From Octopus sinensis (Eukaryota), in contig NC_042998.1 in assembly GCF_006345805.1 (NCBI RefSeq), positions 104,160,001 through 104,224,000 of the forward strand: 64,000 bases of DNA, in the 5' to 3' direction. Below the pieces are notes generated by a model that was not told where the DNA came from, made no database searches, and was given only the letters and a program-made list of their open reading frames with translations. The translations under genes and the position numbers were made by a program. This document shows, piece by piece, positions 36,867 to 51,570 of the stretch (its first letter is position 1; each line of letters begins with the position of its first letter).

Positions 36867-39848
36867 AACATTGTTGTGATTCTAAAGCAATTTTGAAAGT
36901 TTTTTTGAGCATCACATCAGCCCTCACGGACAAAGAAATTTTAGCTCGTATCGTTTTATATACTCATAATATTACATTCTTCGTTGTGTATTTCTTTCTT
37001 AGTAAGATCTTAGGATGAGATTGACGAAGATTGGGGTGTTATGTTCAGCAGGCCGAGCGCACAGGTAGATGGTGACCCTGATTAGAAACTTTGGAATTAA
37101 CTTTTCTGAAGAAAAAATATGTCCGAAATACGATTTAACTATAGAGAGCAAGTATTTAATTTCAACGATCAGTGTTGTGTGACGCGTGATTAAAAAGTTT
37201 GCTTGAAAAAGCTCGCTTCTCAGTTTCGTTTTTCTCGTTCCGATCTTTTTGCACCGTACCAAAGATATGTCTTCTACAATTTCAATTAGCGTGACGAAGA
37301 CTCAAAACATACAGAAGAGTAAAGGAGGAGATTCTGTGACGAATCAAGTACGAGATGCTAATCAGATTAATAAACAAACACTTTGTGTGACTACCGAAGA
37401 GGTGCTGCTGTACATTGTAGCGATCGAACTTCAGAATACAAGACCGAAATCAAATAATCATAAGGCAAGGCAAACACCAGTGAAGAATGATTCTGTCGTA
37501 AAATTCAGAGTAAATGAAGTTTGTCAGTGCGATAATGGAGCCAGTTCTATTCCAGACACTTTCTAAAGATGCATGACGATTGCAGAGAAACATTAGTTTG
37601 TGCATCCCCGACTTCAATACTAACACCAAGTGTAGATTTCTTGGAAAGCACCTGTGCAGTAGAAATATAGACTTAAAGTTGTTTATTACATCCTTGTTAT
37701 ATGCATGAAACAGTTGCCACGCAGGTAAGAAAACGTTTGGTAGGTAGCTACAAAGTTCAGTGTGCAGAACATCAAATCACATGGTCTTTCCATTGAACAG
37801 CCGTTCGACAGGCTCACTGTTTAAACTGTATAAATATATTTATGTATTTTAAATAGAAATAGTAAACTATGCCCAGCGCCATAACATATTTAGTTTTCAA
37901 GGGCTTGCGTTAATATAATCGATTGAATCGTAACATGAACGTCATGTTTGCAACCTTTAAGTTACGTTATCACCCCCTCCTCAGAAAAGAATATGTAACA
38001 GAACCAATCCCGCCGTGAGCTGAACTTGAACGCAGAAAGGGAGATCTGTAAACACACAGGAGAATATGTATATATACATATGTGTGTGTGTATACATGTG
38101 TATATATGCATGTATATACACACTCATATATACATATGTGTGTGTGTATACATATGTGTATATATGCATGTATATATGTATGTGTATCTATATAATTCCA
38201 ACGTTCTACATTTACGTATATATATATATATATACATAACTTAGCAAAGAAAGATTCAGACAGTGGTCTGAAATTATATTTGTGATACAATGAAGATTAT
38301 ATCAAGAAGTTAAAGTAATCGTGCAATATATAAACTTTCTATTTGCCATTACTTATTGTGATGTATAAAGAAAATATTTTCTAAAAACCATCTTCCATCG
38401 CATCAATAATATATTAAACGAATGAAAGAAGAAAAAAATCTTTATTTCTTTCTTTTTTTTTATTTTATTTTTTTTTAAATTTTTATTTCTGTAAGTGGAA
38501 AAGAGTTAATGCGCCAGAAAGAAAATATACAACATATTTTGTTTACATCTGAAATTAACCGGGCATCTTTGTCAAAATGTCACGAGTCCACGTTGGTTTT
38601 CTTTATAATTTTCTTTAAAATTTTTATCGTCGCTGCTAGTGGTGGCGGCGGTGATGGAAGTATTGTTGTTGTTCTCGCAGCATTTACAAAAAGCAAGCAA
38701 GAAAGAAAGAATATATTGGAAGATTTTTTTAATAAATTTACAAAAAAAAAAAAAAAAATCTGTGACAAAAAGGGAAAAACAAAAATAATAGTGAAGAAAA
38801 GGCGTATCATAGAGAACAGGTTACAAGTAAAAATAAAAAGATTTCTCTTTTTAGTTTCATATAAAAAGTAATGATAAATGTAAAAAATAAAATGGAAAGA
38901 AGAACGAAAAAATGTTATTGTTTACCCAAGTTACTCTAAAATGTTCACAATGAGAGTTTCTTAGACATCTTGCGACGACAATATCATACATCAATTTATA
39001 TGAAATACTAACAAAAAAGAAAGAAAAAAATTAAAAAGCATGCAAGTAATGTATTCATTATTCGAATAAAATAAAATAACAAAATAAAATAGTATTTGAA
39101 AAGGGGGAGACAACTCTTTGTGTTGACATTTGGCTTTCTTTTTTCATTTCTTTGTTAAATAAATTAATATCAACAAATAGAATTTGGAAATAAAATTTGG
39201 ATAATCTATAAACTTTAGTGCATTGAAGATGGAAATCAAAAGAAGGGTTCAGTATTATTGATAATTACATTCTTGTTCTGATAATAATAATAATAACGAC
39301 AAAAACACCAATAACAACAATAATAGTAATAATAGCTATCATCAACATCATCACCATCATCATCTTCATCAGCATCATTTCTATCATTATTATGGTGAGC
39401 ATTATCAATAGAAATTTTAGTTAAGTTCATATATATTTTTCACTCAATTATTAACTACTACTGACTAATATATATGCGTGCGTATATATATACGAATATA
39501 TATTTATGTGCATATATATGGATGTGTGTGTATATATAAGTGTGTGTGCGTGTACATACACATACACACACACGCAAGTATACATGTATATATTTATACA
39601 TATATATGTCATACATATATACATGTGCAGGAAACAGACACACACACAAATTCATTTTTCAAAATGTTTCGATTTTAACTTGCAATTTTTTTTTTCAAAA
39701 ATAAATTCTTTTTCTTCTGTTCCTAAAAACTATAATCAATGCTTGAAACATTCGTTTTTCTTTTATCCAAATTGTAAATTTAAACACCCAACTACTATCT
39801 TCTATTTTCATATTCAAATTCCACATACACACACATATATAGAAACAC

Positions 39849-39896
<48 letters not shown>

Positions 39897-39904
39897 GTGT
39901 TTAT

Positions 39905-39939
<35 letters not shown>

Positions 39940-40199
39940 TACACACGCACGCATACGATCACACACATTCACATTGAACTAAAGCACATCCATAGACACA
40001 CACACATATCTTTACATTAATACATTTACGTTTTTCATTTCTTTTGAATATGTCTCAATGGTAAATATTCGATTCTACAATGGATTTTCTTTTTTATTTG
40101 CACTATTATTTTGAAGTATGAACGTGAGCATACATACAATACGGGTATCATTATCTACTTTTTGAACAGATACACACATATCCATATATGTAGACATAC

Positions 40200-40208
40200 A
40201 TGCATAAA

Positions 40209-40292
<84 letters not shown>

Positions 40293-40425
40293 ATTGCTTT
40301 TATGTGTGTGGATAAGCGTATGTTTGTATATGCATGTATATATATATATATATATATCCGTGTATATATATGTATATATACATGTATATGTATGTATATA
40401 TATATATTATATATATATTATATAT

Positions 40426-40460
<35 letters not shown>

Positions 40461-40920
40461 ATGTGTGTGTGTGTGTATGTATATATATATATATGTATAT
40501 ATGTATGTATATGTATATATTTATATGCATATATGTATATATTTTTATGTATATATATGTCTATGTATATATATGTATCTATATATATGTATATGTATAT
40601 ATGTGTATGTATATATAAGTATATATATATGTATATACTTACATGTATATATATATATGTACATATATAGACATATGTATATGTGTATATGTGTATATGT
40701 ATATATACATACATGCATAGACATATATACAGTCACATTTAAAAATGTTTATATAAATGCATAATATATATGCATGTATGTAGATAGATAGATATAGATA
40801 TATAGATTCAAATTTATAGCTATATAGATACATATTTATCCATATATGCACACATACATACGTATATATATATATATATATATGATGATTACTAATACTT
40901 ATATATATATATATATATGA
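40200..40920. repeat. (TC)n plus long degenerate (TA)/(TG) microsatellite
   Basis: Directly visible. Confidence 0.95.
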
Positions 40921-41461
40921 ACACACAAATTCGTCGTATAAAATAACAACAGCCACCTGCTTTCAAAAGAGATTGAAGACAATCAGTAATGGCAACCGTA
41001 GGCTATGGGGTTTTGTTTAAAATTGAAATGAACTAACTTGAGACGCCCTATCTTTCGTGTGTTCTTAATCAATAAGTAACTCTGCAAAGAAAGGCTGGTC
41101 GTTTCCTTGTCAGAACGAACTGTAGTGTTCTTGATACAACTTTCACACTAACATACCAAATCAAAAGAAAAGGAATACAAAATACGAATAACGATAATAA
41201 CATTAACAATATTAATATTAATAATTATGATAGTAATATAATTATATAATAGCAATGACGATATTAGTATTTATGACAGGAAAAACTAAGTTCTTCCTGA
41301 AAGTACGTGTTGTGTGTGTGATAGAGAGAGAGGTGGGGGGATTGGTTCTCGCGTCAATGTGTGCATGTTTGTGTGTGAATGTATTTCTGGCTTTGGGTAT
41401 CCGTGCGTTTCTGTAATGTTTTAATGCAAGCATGTGTACATATATATATTCTCTATGGCTT

Positions 41462-41573
<112 letters not shown>

Positions 41574-43134
41574 ACCTTTGTCCTCATGTGTATACATGCA
41601 CTTTTTACAAGCTAAACTTCTGGAATACTTTGCATATTTTCACAGTTCTATTAATGGATTGCCAATGAAATTTCCTAATTAGCTCTATACTTTCGGTTTG
41701 TGTGAAACACAAATTTCCACAATTGGTGTTGAGGCAGTTAATTACGTAACCACCTACTGCTTGTTTACAGATATATATACAGGTAGAGCGTGTATGGAGT
41801 ATCTGCATATTTCTCATTCGCTCAGTGAAGATATTTTTGCACTAAATTTTAACATTATGTTCACATCTACTTGGCGACTGACTTCTGCTATAGGACATAG
41901 CTCTTTTCTCTGCCCTAAGTCATGTCTTCTTCCATATTACGACAGGTTTGACATTCCACTTGTATTTCTGGTCCAGGGTGCCAGATGTCTTCATCCCCTA
42001 TCTGTTGTTCGGTAACATCTAGAAAGTTTTTGCCCCGAAGTAAAACATATGAGACTTCAAGCACTCCAGAGAGCAATTAAAAACAAACAAAAAAAAAGAC
42101 AAAAAAACAAAAAAAAACAACAAAAAAAGAACAAAGGCATGACTGATCTTGATTTTAGAGATCGCTTTAAAACCTTGAACTTCTACCTTTTCCAACGCCA
42201 CTGTGTGTACTACATTATTTGCAAAATGTAGATAATATATTACCGGCATTAAGTAAATGCTCTTAACATCGTGTTTACAATTCATTCATGGTCAGGACTC
42301 CGTGTAACACACCGTAACCCAATACCACAGTATAACACAATTACCTTTCATCAACAGGCTCTGCTTTATTAATTAATTTATTTATTCTAAAACAAATGTA
42401 AAATGAAAAAGATCACATAACTTTCAAACAATTTCGAGGCAATTTTCTTCAAGAGATACCATATAAACCACATATACTGAATATATCTGAATTAAAAACT
42501 ACTTGAATCGCCTTCAATATCACAAAACTTGAGTTTAAAATTACTTAAAAGATTCTATGAGAAGGAATTATGAATTTAGACATGACCCCGACCAATGTTG
42601 ACCGCGTGACTGCATGTATCTTCCAAGTTGTAGACCACAGTTACACATCGAGGTAGGAGACATTTTTAATACGATTACATATTTTCAACAAGAAGATCAG
42701 AGATTACGTGATTGTTGCTGATAATTTATATATAAAAAAAAAGTAAGTAGTTGAATGTAGTTATACTGTTTAATGACATTTGTAGACCGATTGAAGTTGG
42801 CTAACAGCATTTTGAAGAAATTCTTGCAATATAGAAATAATCTTTTTATAGTGATCAATTTTGGTATTTAAAAACCTAACAAGGCCGCCTACTTTAGTTA
42901 ATGCACACATAAATACTTACATATATCATTGTTATGATATTGTCAACTAATTTAGGGACAAAGGTTGCTATTTTTGGTGACCAGGTTAATACATTACATC
43001 AAACAAGATACTTGACTTGTGCATTATTTTATTGCTTCTGAAGTGAACTTTGGCAAGAATTAAACTCAGAGCATAACAAACAAGAAGGCTTTTTCTCCGA
43101 GAAGCTAGCCATTAATTTGTTGTCATCATAATAA

Positions 43135-43332
43135 TTTCAAACTTTGGCAGAAGGCCAGCAGTTTTTAGTGGCAGGAGGTATAGTTGATTACATCCAGCCT
43201 AGTACATGACTTGTACTTTACTTTATAGATCTCGAAAGGATGGAAAACAAAGTAGACATTGGCGAAATATGAAGAACTGATGCTAAGCATTTCCTCTGAC
43301 GCACTAACATTTCTACCAGCTCACCACCTTCT
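43135..43332 (-). mobile_element. decayed SINE family A (tail type 2) with 15-bp TSD
   Basis: TSD ttg(t/c)catcataataa at 43120-43134 and 43333-43347; head aaggtggtgagctggtagaaatgttag on the minus strand. Confidence 0.8.
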
Positions 43333-43669
43333 TTGCCATCATAATAAAGTCAATAGAAGTGTATCAAAACTATCCTAGAAGGTGTAGTAAAGAATAGGAG
43401 ACAATATATTTTGTAGTCAGGCTCGGCTCCGCACCTTGTAAATTCAGGGCAGGGGATAAAAGGATCGGTGGAGAGTGCACCAAAATGTCTTGCAGTATTT
43501 CAATGCATCTTTTTATGTTCCAAGTTCAAAACCAACCATCACCCAATGGCTAGCTTTTGACTTTCTGCTTCATTCTTCCAAACTCGGTAAAATTTAGTTT
43601 AATATCAATCAAGTAACGACGTCCGGTTAAACGAAGTGTTTCTCTCGAGCAGAAACGAGAGATGTGTAC

Positions 43670-43722
<53 letters not shown>

Positions 43723-44724
43723 AGACAGAAATAATGAGTTATATTCATTCATATATTTGTCACAGGCATACAGCTGTTTCATGCGTTTGGGCGCGATCAT
43801 GCTTCAATTTCATCATTCGATCGATTGATCGACTGACAGAAAATATGGGGAACCAGTAGCCCAAAAGTATCTTCTTCAGAGCCAAATCAAATCTAGTGCC
43901 AAAGGAAAAGAAGAAAGGAGAAAGGAAAGAATTTGGTCAACGTGGTATTTTTTATTTATTTTTAGCCATCGGTCTGAAGCCATTGTTGGTTCTTACTATG
44001 AGTGAAAATTACTGGCATCCAGTAAAGAAATTTAATACATTTATGGTCAGTGGCAGGCTGTTAGCGATTACTACTATATTTTGGAAAAAATGTCAGGGAA
44101 AGTATATGCAAATATACAAACCAAAAGACAACTATCATTTCAAACCTAAAGAACCAAAATTTATATATTTGTCACGAATTCATATAATTATAACTAGTTA
44201 ACAGTAATGGTCAAAACTACTAATCAGAAATTAGAACTGAACTATAAAAAGTAAAGTAACAATGAGACCAAGACTATTATCTAATCCTAAATCACAGGAC
44301 GTTTGTTAAAACTGCAACAGTAGTGATGAGGTATAATTTCTAAAGAAGATTGTAGAGTAAATTATGTAAGAACAAAGTGAAGATGAAAACAAAACAAAAT
44401 AAAAAATGAAATCAAAACAAAACAAAAACAACAAAATAAAAGGGCAATAAAATAAAAATGAAAATAAAGATGAGCATGGAAATATAAGGAAAGGGATTTA
44501 AAATAAAACACTTGACATAATAAATAGAGAGAAGGAATTGACGCCTAGAGAAAGGAACAGAAATATTCTATAATTCCAGCAATTAAGAACTTTGACAATT
44601 ATCACTTAATTTAAATATGATATTGTCTCTAAAATATTGGATCAAATCTCGCATTAATCCCTATTTCCCCTTCGTTTTTATACACACACCCACAAACACA
44701 CATTTATGCATGCGTATGTATACA

Positions 44725-46000
44725 TCAGGTCATCCCATAAGTTCTGTCCGATTTTACCTTTTTTAAAATTGAATGAAATTTAATAGTATTTTAGAATGTC
44801 TAATAGAATTAAAAATTATTTTTATGCATTTGTGTACATTTAAACTAATTAAATATTATTTTACAGAATAATAGAATTAAAATTTCTTTGATTAAAACCC
44901 TCTCTAACATGGAAGTATCCAAAGAGCATTTAAGGCACATAATGCTTTTTGAGTACCAAAAAAAGGAAACTCTGCAGCCGAAGCACCCGAAACATACACT
45001 CAGTTTATGGGAAAGAATGATTGACTGAAAGAACTTGCAGAAGATAGTTTCCAAAATTCAGAAGTGGAAATTTCACCCTTGAAGATAATGATCGAACAGG
45101 ACGTCCAATTGAGTTTGATGATAAGATCTTTGAGGCATTACTTGAAGAAATTTTTGCAAAATTGGCAATAAAGCTTAGTTCAAACTATACAATTGTTCAT
45201 CGTCATCTTCAACAACTTGGAAAGGTTTCTAAACTTGGAAAATGGATGCCTCGTGTATTGTCCGAAAGCAACCGCAAATCCCGAGTTGGCATCTGCTCTT
45301 CTTTCCACTCTCGCAAACTCATTTCACCCTTTTTGCATAGACTTGTGACTGGTGACGAAAATTGGATCTTCTATCAAAATGGTAAACGTCGTAAACAGTA
45401 ACTTGGCAAAAGGGAAAAAAACTCATCCACAACCGAGAAGGGAACTTCATGGAAAAATGGTTCTTCTCTCTATCTGGTGGGATTGCAAAGGAGTGATTCA
45501 CTTTGAATTGTTACCACCTAACGCAACAATCAATGCTCAAGTCTACTTTCAGCAATTACCAAGCTTTGAAGAAAAAACGACCCGCTTTAGTGAATCGAAA
45601 AGGAGTGATGTTTCATCAGGGCATTGTGTGACCCCATTACACTGTAAATATCACATCACAGAAGATCGAAGAGCTTGATTGGGAAAAAATTCCTCATCCA
45701 CATTATTCTCTCGACTTTGCTCCTTCAGACTACCATTTGTTTCGTAGTTTACAGAATAATTTGGGGGACATAACTTCCGTAAGCCAGGAGGAGGTCGAAA
45801 CTGACATTTCAGAGTTCTTCGCTTTGAAACCAAAAGAGTTTTACATTGATGGAATTAAAAAGCTTGTAAATAGATGGAAGAAGTCATAGATAAGCAGGGA
45901 AAGTACATTGATGATTAAATTTCAATTAAACTTCAGTTAATTTCAATTAAACATAACATTTGATCACTTGTTTTCTTTATTCAAAAAACAAGCATTACTT
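44725..46000 (+). mobile_element. decayed mariner transposon
   Basis: Left end tcaggtcatcccataagttctgtccgatttt. ATG 44909 MEVSKEHLRHIMLFE, GKWMPRVL, RLVTGDENWIFY, KMVLLSIWWDCKGVIHFELL, PHPHYSLDFAPSDYHLF, GKYIDD* at 45918. Right TIR degraded into microsatellite. Confidence 0.92.
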
Positions 46001-46877
46001 GTGTATGTATGTGTGTGTGTATATGTGTGTGTGTATGTGTGTGTGTATATGTGTGTGTGTGTAAACATTCATTAAAATTTGCATATTTTATTTTGCTGTA
46101 ATTCTAGTGCTCTTTTTTTATTGAAATAGTTATTTAGGCCCGGGTAGGGGTGGGAGACAAGCCCTGATATAACAAACTTAAAAAAGGAAGAAGATTCCAG
46201 TTGTGCCCATCGCGTTGATTTGTAAATCATAATTAAAATGTTTTACTTGTATCCAACGCTTGAGTGTGATTGAAAGAAGATTTGATTGCTATTTCTAGCA
46301 GGTCGTAGGATCACGTAGATGGTCCTTCTAGTTAGCTCTATTCGATTCAAGCAATAGTTATCGATGTTTTTCCTGCTGTCGAGGCTATCGTCACGTTTGT
46401 CGATGTCGTTTTCGTTGTCACTGCGTGTCCCGTCTGTTACTGCATGTTGGCGGAAGTGATATTTGTCTCCCTTGACAAAACTCCATGTTCCAAACAATGT
46501 GCCTCTTTACCATATAATGTATCTATTGTTGCAAATTTTCTGTACACCCATCTATCTATTGCCCCTTGGGAATTTTCTGCCATTTCATATTGCCCCTGAA
46601 ATCAATAAGGGTACCAAATATCTCTTTTCTATATTTGTATTTTATTTTATTTCTATATATTTTGTTTCTTCTTATATATAAAAAAAGAAGTCTGCTTCTT
46701 TTTCTTCGTTTTCGTATGTGTTTTTTTTTTTATTAAATCATTTTTTTTTTCTATTTGGATATTTCTTTAATATCTATAGTACCACATTTTCTGCAGTACT
46801 CACACGCTCTCACATACACACAGCATACATACAAATTTGCGCACGTGCACACACACGCGCATCCATACATATATACA

Positions 46878-46918
<41 letters not shown>

Positions 46919-47009
46919 GCACACACTTAGGCACATGTACGCATACAACACACGTATAGGTATATCTATCTATGTATCTATCTTTCTCTCTCTCTCTCTT
47001 TCTCTTTAC

Positions 47010-47043
<34 letters not shown>

Positions 47044-47091
47044 CACACACATACATACATACATACATACATACATACATACATACATACC

Positions 47092-47157
<66 letters not shown>

Positions 47158-47176
47158 ATATATTAATATATATATA

Positions 47177-47706
47177 TGGCAATAAGAAAATGGAGGGGAT
47201 CTAGAGGTGGTACTCATCAACTTTTAGATATTTATTATTTCAATTTATTTATTTAAAAACAAAACAATTATAAACAATATATACATGTATAACTTTATTT
47301 TATATATTATATATGTAGAGCATATGTTATGCATGTATATATTGCTATAATTGTTTTTTTTTAAATATATAAATAAAGATAATATGTGGAGGCGCGTGGC
47401 TTAGTGGTTAGGGTGTCAGCACCATGATCGTAAGATTGTGGTATCGATTCCTGGACCGGGCGACGCGTTGTGTTCTTGAGTAAAACACTTCATTTCACGT
47501 TGCTCCAGTCCACTCAACTGGCAAAAATGAGTAACGCTGCGATAGACTGGCGTTTCGTCCAGCTGTGGAACACATACGTCACTGAAACCGGGCCCATGAG
47601 CCTAGCTAGGCTTTAAAAGGGCGCATTTATTATTTTATTAGACATAATATAACGTCTGAAAGTTGATGAACGCCACCTCTTGATCCCCTCCATTTTCTTA
47701 TTGCTG
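47177..47706. mobile_element. MITE-like element with 52-bp TIRs and TA flanks
   Basis: 47177-47228 versus the reverse complement of 47655-47706 match 45/52; TA at 47175-47176 and 47707-47708; right end reads CAG... on the minus strand. Confidence 0.8.
47388..47630 (+). mobile_element. tRNA-derived SINE family C nested in the MITE
   Basis: A-box tggcttagtgg, B-box-like ggtatcgattcc, then a CORE/V-like segment tgtgttcttgagtaaaacacttcatttcac...ggcaaaaatgagt (domain name from memory). Confidence 0.8.
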
Positions 47707-47991
47707 TATAAATTAAGAGTAAAACAACTTTTTGCCCTCACCCATTTATTACATTTATTACATACTGTAATTACCATGCAATGAAAAAACACTTGTGTAT
47801 TAATAATTGGGTATTCTACCAGCAGTATATTGGATATATATTATCCCTTAGTTGGTTGGATTCACAATCTCTAACTCTCTTGGAATATATATATATATAT
47901 ATATAATAACAAAATAATAAATAAAACATATGCATATATACATACATATATGTACGTACCTACATCTATATGTATATATACATGCATATAT

Positions 47992-48460
47992 GGGTACAGG
48001 GCACCAAAAAAAAAAACCCGAAAACAATGAGAAACGGAAACATAAAAATAAAACCAAGGAAACGAACATTTTTTTAAACAACGAAAAAAACAGAGTACAA
48101 AACATACAGCACAAGGGAAATTACCCTTCTTCAGCCGCCTCTGCTTTGTCTACACCGTGTTTCGAAGGTAAAGGCGAGACACAAATTCGTTGAAATAGTC
48201 CTTCCCGCAAAGCAAATTAAATAAAATTTGAGATTTTTTGCGGAGGGGTAAAAGTGGTAACAAAAGCAGGACAGTAAAAACAATACAAATAAAAACAGTA
48301 AAAGACAGGACAAGGTGAATAACAGTAACACAAACATTGAGGGTTGTTAATCCTGAACGAAGGAAAAATAATTTTGAACGCTTTGAGAATGGCTTGAGAG
48401 GAACAGAGAAGGCCGTCTTACACTTGTTGGAAGCAGTAGTCAGAAAGGCAGTGGCCCTCT
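47992..48460. repeat. second copy of the (TA)n-edge repeat seen at 6444 (probable PLE terminus)
   Basis: Shares gggtacagggca and cgaaaacaatgag with 6444-6495. Confidence 0.35.
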
Positions 48461-49303
48461 GGTCACGTGTCAGCGACGGGAGGGAGGAGGAGGAGTAAGA
48501 GAAAGGGAGAGAAAAAAAGGGAAGGGTTGTAGAGAAAACCAGAAAGAATGAAGAATGAGATAGAGAGGGACAGTAAGGCTAGAAGAAAAGGAAGGGGTGG
48601 TAGAGAAAACCAGAAAGAATGAAGAATGTATGTATGTGTGTGTGTGTGTGTGTGTGTGCATGTGTGTATGTATAGAAATATATCTCTATGTATATAAGAA
48701 GGTTGTTTTCTGTCACAACGTGGAGGTTTTGTGGTATCTCTGTCTCTCCCTTTCATCAGTTATTCAGTAACTATTTCCTGTCCCTGAATAGTGAAGCCAT
48801 ATCCATCTTGGTGGGATGTAATGTATGTATCACATGTTCAGGAGCCGTTACATTTCCTCTCAATACTGCTGTTATCCTCTAGCTTACAAGATATATACTC
48901 ACACGATGCTTTTTCCTGGTATAATGCCTGCTGCGCCTCCAAAGGTATGCTTAGGTAGGCCAGTCCAGCTTCCTTTGGGTCCCGTTTTACAGTTGTATTC
49001 TCATAGTACTTGCTCAATATATCTTCTGCAACTCCGAGTATGTTGGTGCTCTCACTTTAGCGTATACGCGCAATGTATCCATTCTCATTTCAGATTGTAT
49101 GCAGTCTATGTAACCTCACACGTGTTTTTCCTGTACTATATTTTCCTTCTCTTTGCATCTTCCCAATTTCCTCTTTTTGACGAAAAGCCATGCTCGAAAC
49201 GTTACTCACCCCTCTTTTTCCCATCTTAAACTCAGGGTCAACCTAATAGGTTTACCGTGAATATCCTTTTGAGTTTTGTTGCTTTTTCATTTTCGATTTG
49301 CCC

Positions 49304-49500
49304 ATGTATGTATGTATGTATGTATGTATGTATGTATGTATGTATGTATGTATGTATGTATGTATGTATGTATGCATGCATGCATGCATGTATGTATGTA
49401 TGTATGTATGTATGTATGTATGTATGTATGCATGCATTCATGTATGTATGTATGTATGTATGTATGTATATGTATGTATGTATGTATGTATGGTATGTAT
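49304..49500. repeat. (TATG)n/(CATG)n array
   Basis: Directly visible. Confidence 0.95.
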
Positions 49501-50070
49501 GCGTGCATGTATGTGTATATTACGTACGAGACCTTCAGTTGTGTGTGTCTCTGTATGTATACATGTCTTCCTTCACACAAGCGTCACTACAGCTATAAAT
49601 ATCTTTACATACTGCTTCTCCTGTTAATGATATCTTTACCAGCAAAACGTATAAAGATTTTGCTTATCCCTCGCTTCTTTGATACCTTTGGAGATTTAAA
49701 AAAAAGGAGACGTATGTCGCTACTTTTCACAGTGTAGACATCCAATTTTCTCCTAACGGTTGCATTTGGAATAGCAATTTCTAACATTGTGGTAATCGAG
49801 TGATACATAAAGAAAATCTTATGTAATCCGTCATGCGATGCAGAATGAAACAAGGGTACAAATGCTATAAATAAATAATTTCCGAACATTCTCTCCAGGT
49901 TTTATGATTGTTTATACATACATACGTACATACATACGAGGCGGTTTTCAACACGTAGACGAGTTTAACGATAACAAATTATATTATTTTATATGTTAGA
50001 GATAATGATAGCCAGGAATGTCCTTGTTGATATAGTCTCTTATATATATATTTATTTATATATATATATA

Positions 50071-50471
50071 CTCTTTAACTCTTTTACCTCTTTTACTTAT
50101 TTCAGCCATTTGACTGTGACCATGCTGGAGCACCGCCTTTAGCCGAGCAAATCGAACTCAGGACTTATTATTTGTAAGCCTAGTACTTATTCTATCTGTC
50201 TCTTTTGCAGAAACGTTAAGTTACGGGGACGTAAACACACCAGCATCAGTTGTGAAGCGATGTTGGGGTGACAAACACAGACACAAAGATACACACACAC
50301 ATATATATATACATATATACAACGGGCTTCTTTCAGTTTCCGTCTAGTAAATCCACTCACAAGGCTTTGGTCGGCCTCAGGCTATAGTAGAAGACACTTG
50401 CCCAAGGTGCCACGCAGTGGGACTGAACCCGGAACCATGTGGTTAGTAAGCAAGCTACTTACCACACAGCC
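50071..50471 (-). mobile_element. SINE family B, near full length
   Basis: Minus strand: ggctgtgtggtaagtagcttgc (A-box), ggttcagtccc (B-box-like), internal (TA)/(TG) tract, ggcggtgctccagcatgg, (gagtaaaa)-like tail. Confidence 0.92.
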
Positions 50472-50517
50472 ATATATATATTATATATTTATATATATAT
50501 TTATATATATATATATA

Positions 50518-50788
50518 TTTTTACAAACACAACTTATTTCACTCTGCTTCTATCGAGTCAGAGTTTATTTTCCAACTTTTCCAGTTCTGACCATCTTGCC
50601 ATTTATATGAATTGCATAGGCTGTGTGGTAAAGCGCTTGCTTTCCAACTACATAGTTCCTGGTTCAATCCCACTGCATGGCACCATCGACAATTGTCTTC
50701 TATTATAGCTTCGGGCCGACCAAAACCTTGTGAGAGGATTTGGTAGTGGAAAACTGGAAGAAGGCCGTCGTGTGTGTGTGGAGTGTGC

Positions 50789-50846
<58 letters not shown>

Positions 50847-50889
50847 AGAAACTGGAAGAAGGCCTTCGTGTGTGTGTGAGTGTGCGTGC

Positions 50890-50922
<33 letters not shown>

Positions 50923-50968
50923 ATATATACGCACGCCCTCACACACACACGGCCTTCTTCCAGTTTCT

Positions 50969-51026
<58 letters not shown>

Positions 51027-51537
51027 GCACACTCACACATGCGTGCATATATATATGCGTTAGGTAATATATGTGTTAGGTAATTTACTGGAAGAACTTA
51101 TGCATTCTATTCTTACGAATAGAGGATAATTTGGGTTCCATAAAGAAATACCATGACTAAAATGGCCTTTAGTAATTGATCGCAAATTCCATTCTATTGT
51201 TTTGCTAAGCAAAGCAAACGAAATTTTTACAAACACAACTTATTTCACTCTGCTTCTATCGAGTCAGAGTTTATTTTCCAACTTTTCCAGATTTGACCAT
51301 CTTGCCATTTATATGAATTGCATAGGCTGTGTGGTAAAGCGCTTGCTTTCCAACTACATAGTTCCTGGTTCAATCCCACTGCATGGCACCATCGACAATT
51401 GTCTTCTATTATATCTTCGGGCCGACCAAAACCTTGTGAGAGGATTTGGTAGTGGAAAACTGGAAGAAGGCCGTCGTGTGTGTGTGAGTGTGCGTGCATA
51501 TATATATATATATGCACGCCTGTGTGAGTGTGCGTGC

Positions 51538-51570
<33 letters not shown>

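Noticed and set aside
47388-47460. tRNA genes at SINE heads (also 2386, 53748)
   Set aside because: A- and B-box-like motifs are present, but there is no complete cloverleaf and the sequences run on into SINE bodies.
48100-48185. ctgaagaaggg and ttcgaaac motifs on the minus strand as a hammerhead
   Set aside because: GAAAC precedes CUGAAGA and I could not build helices I and III between them.
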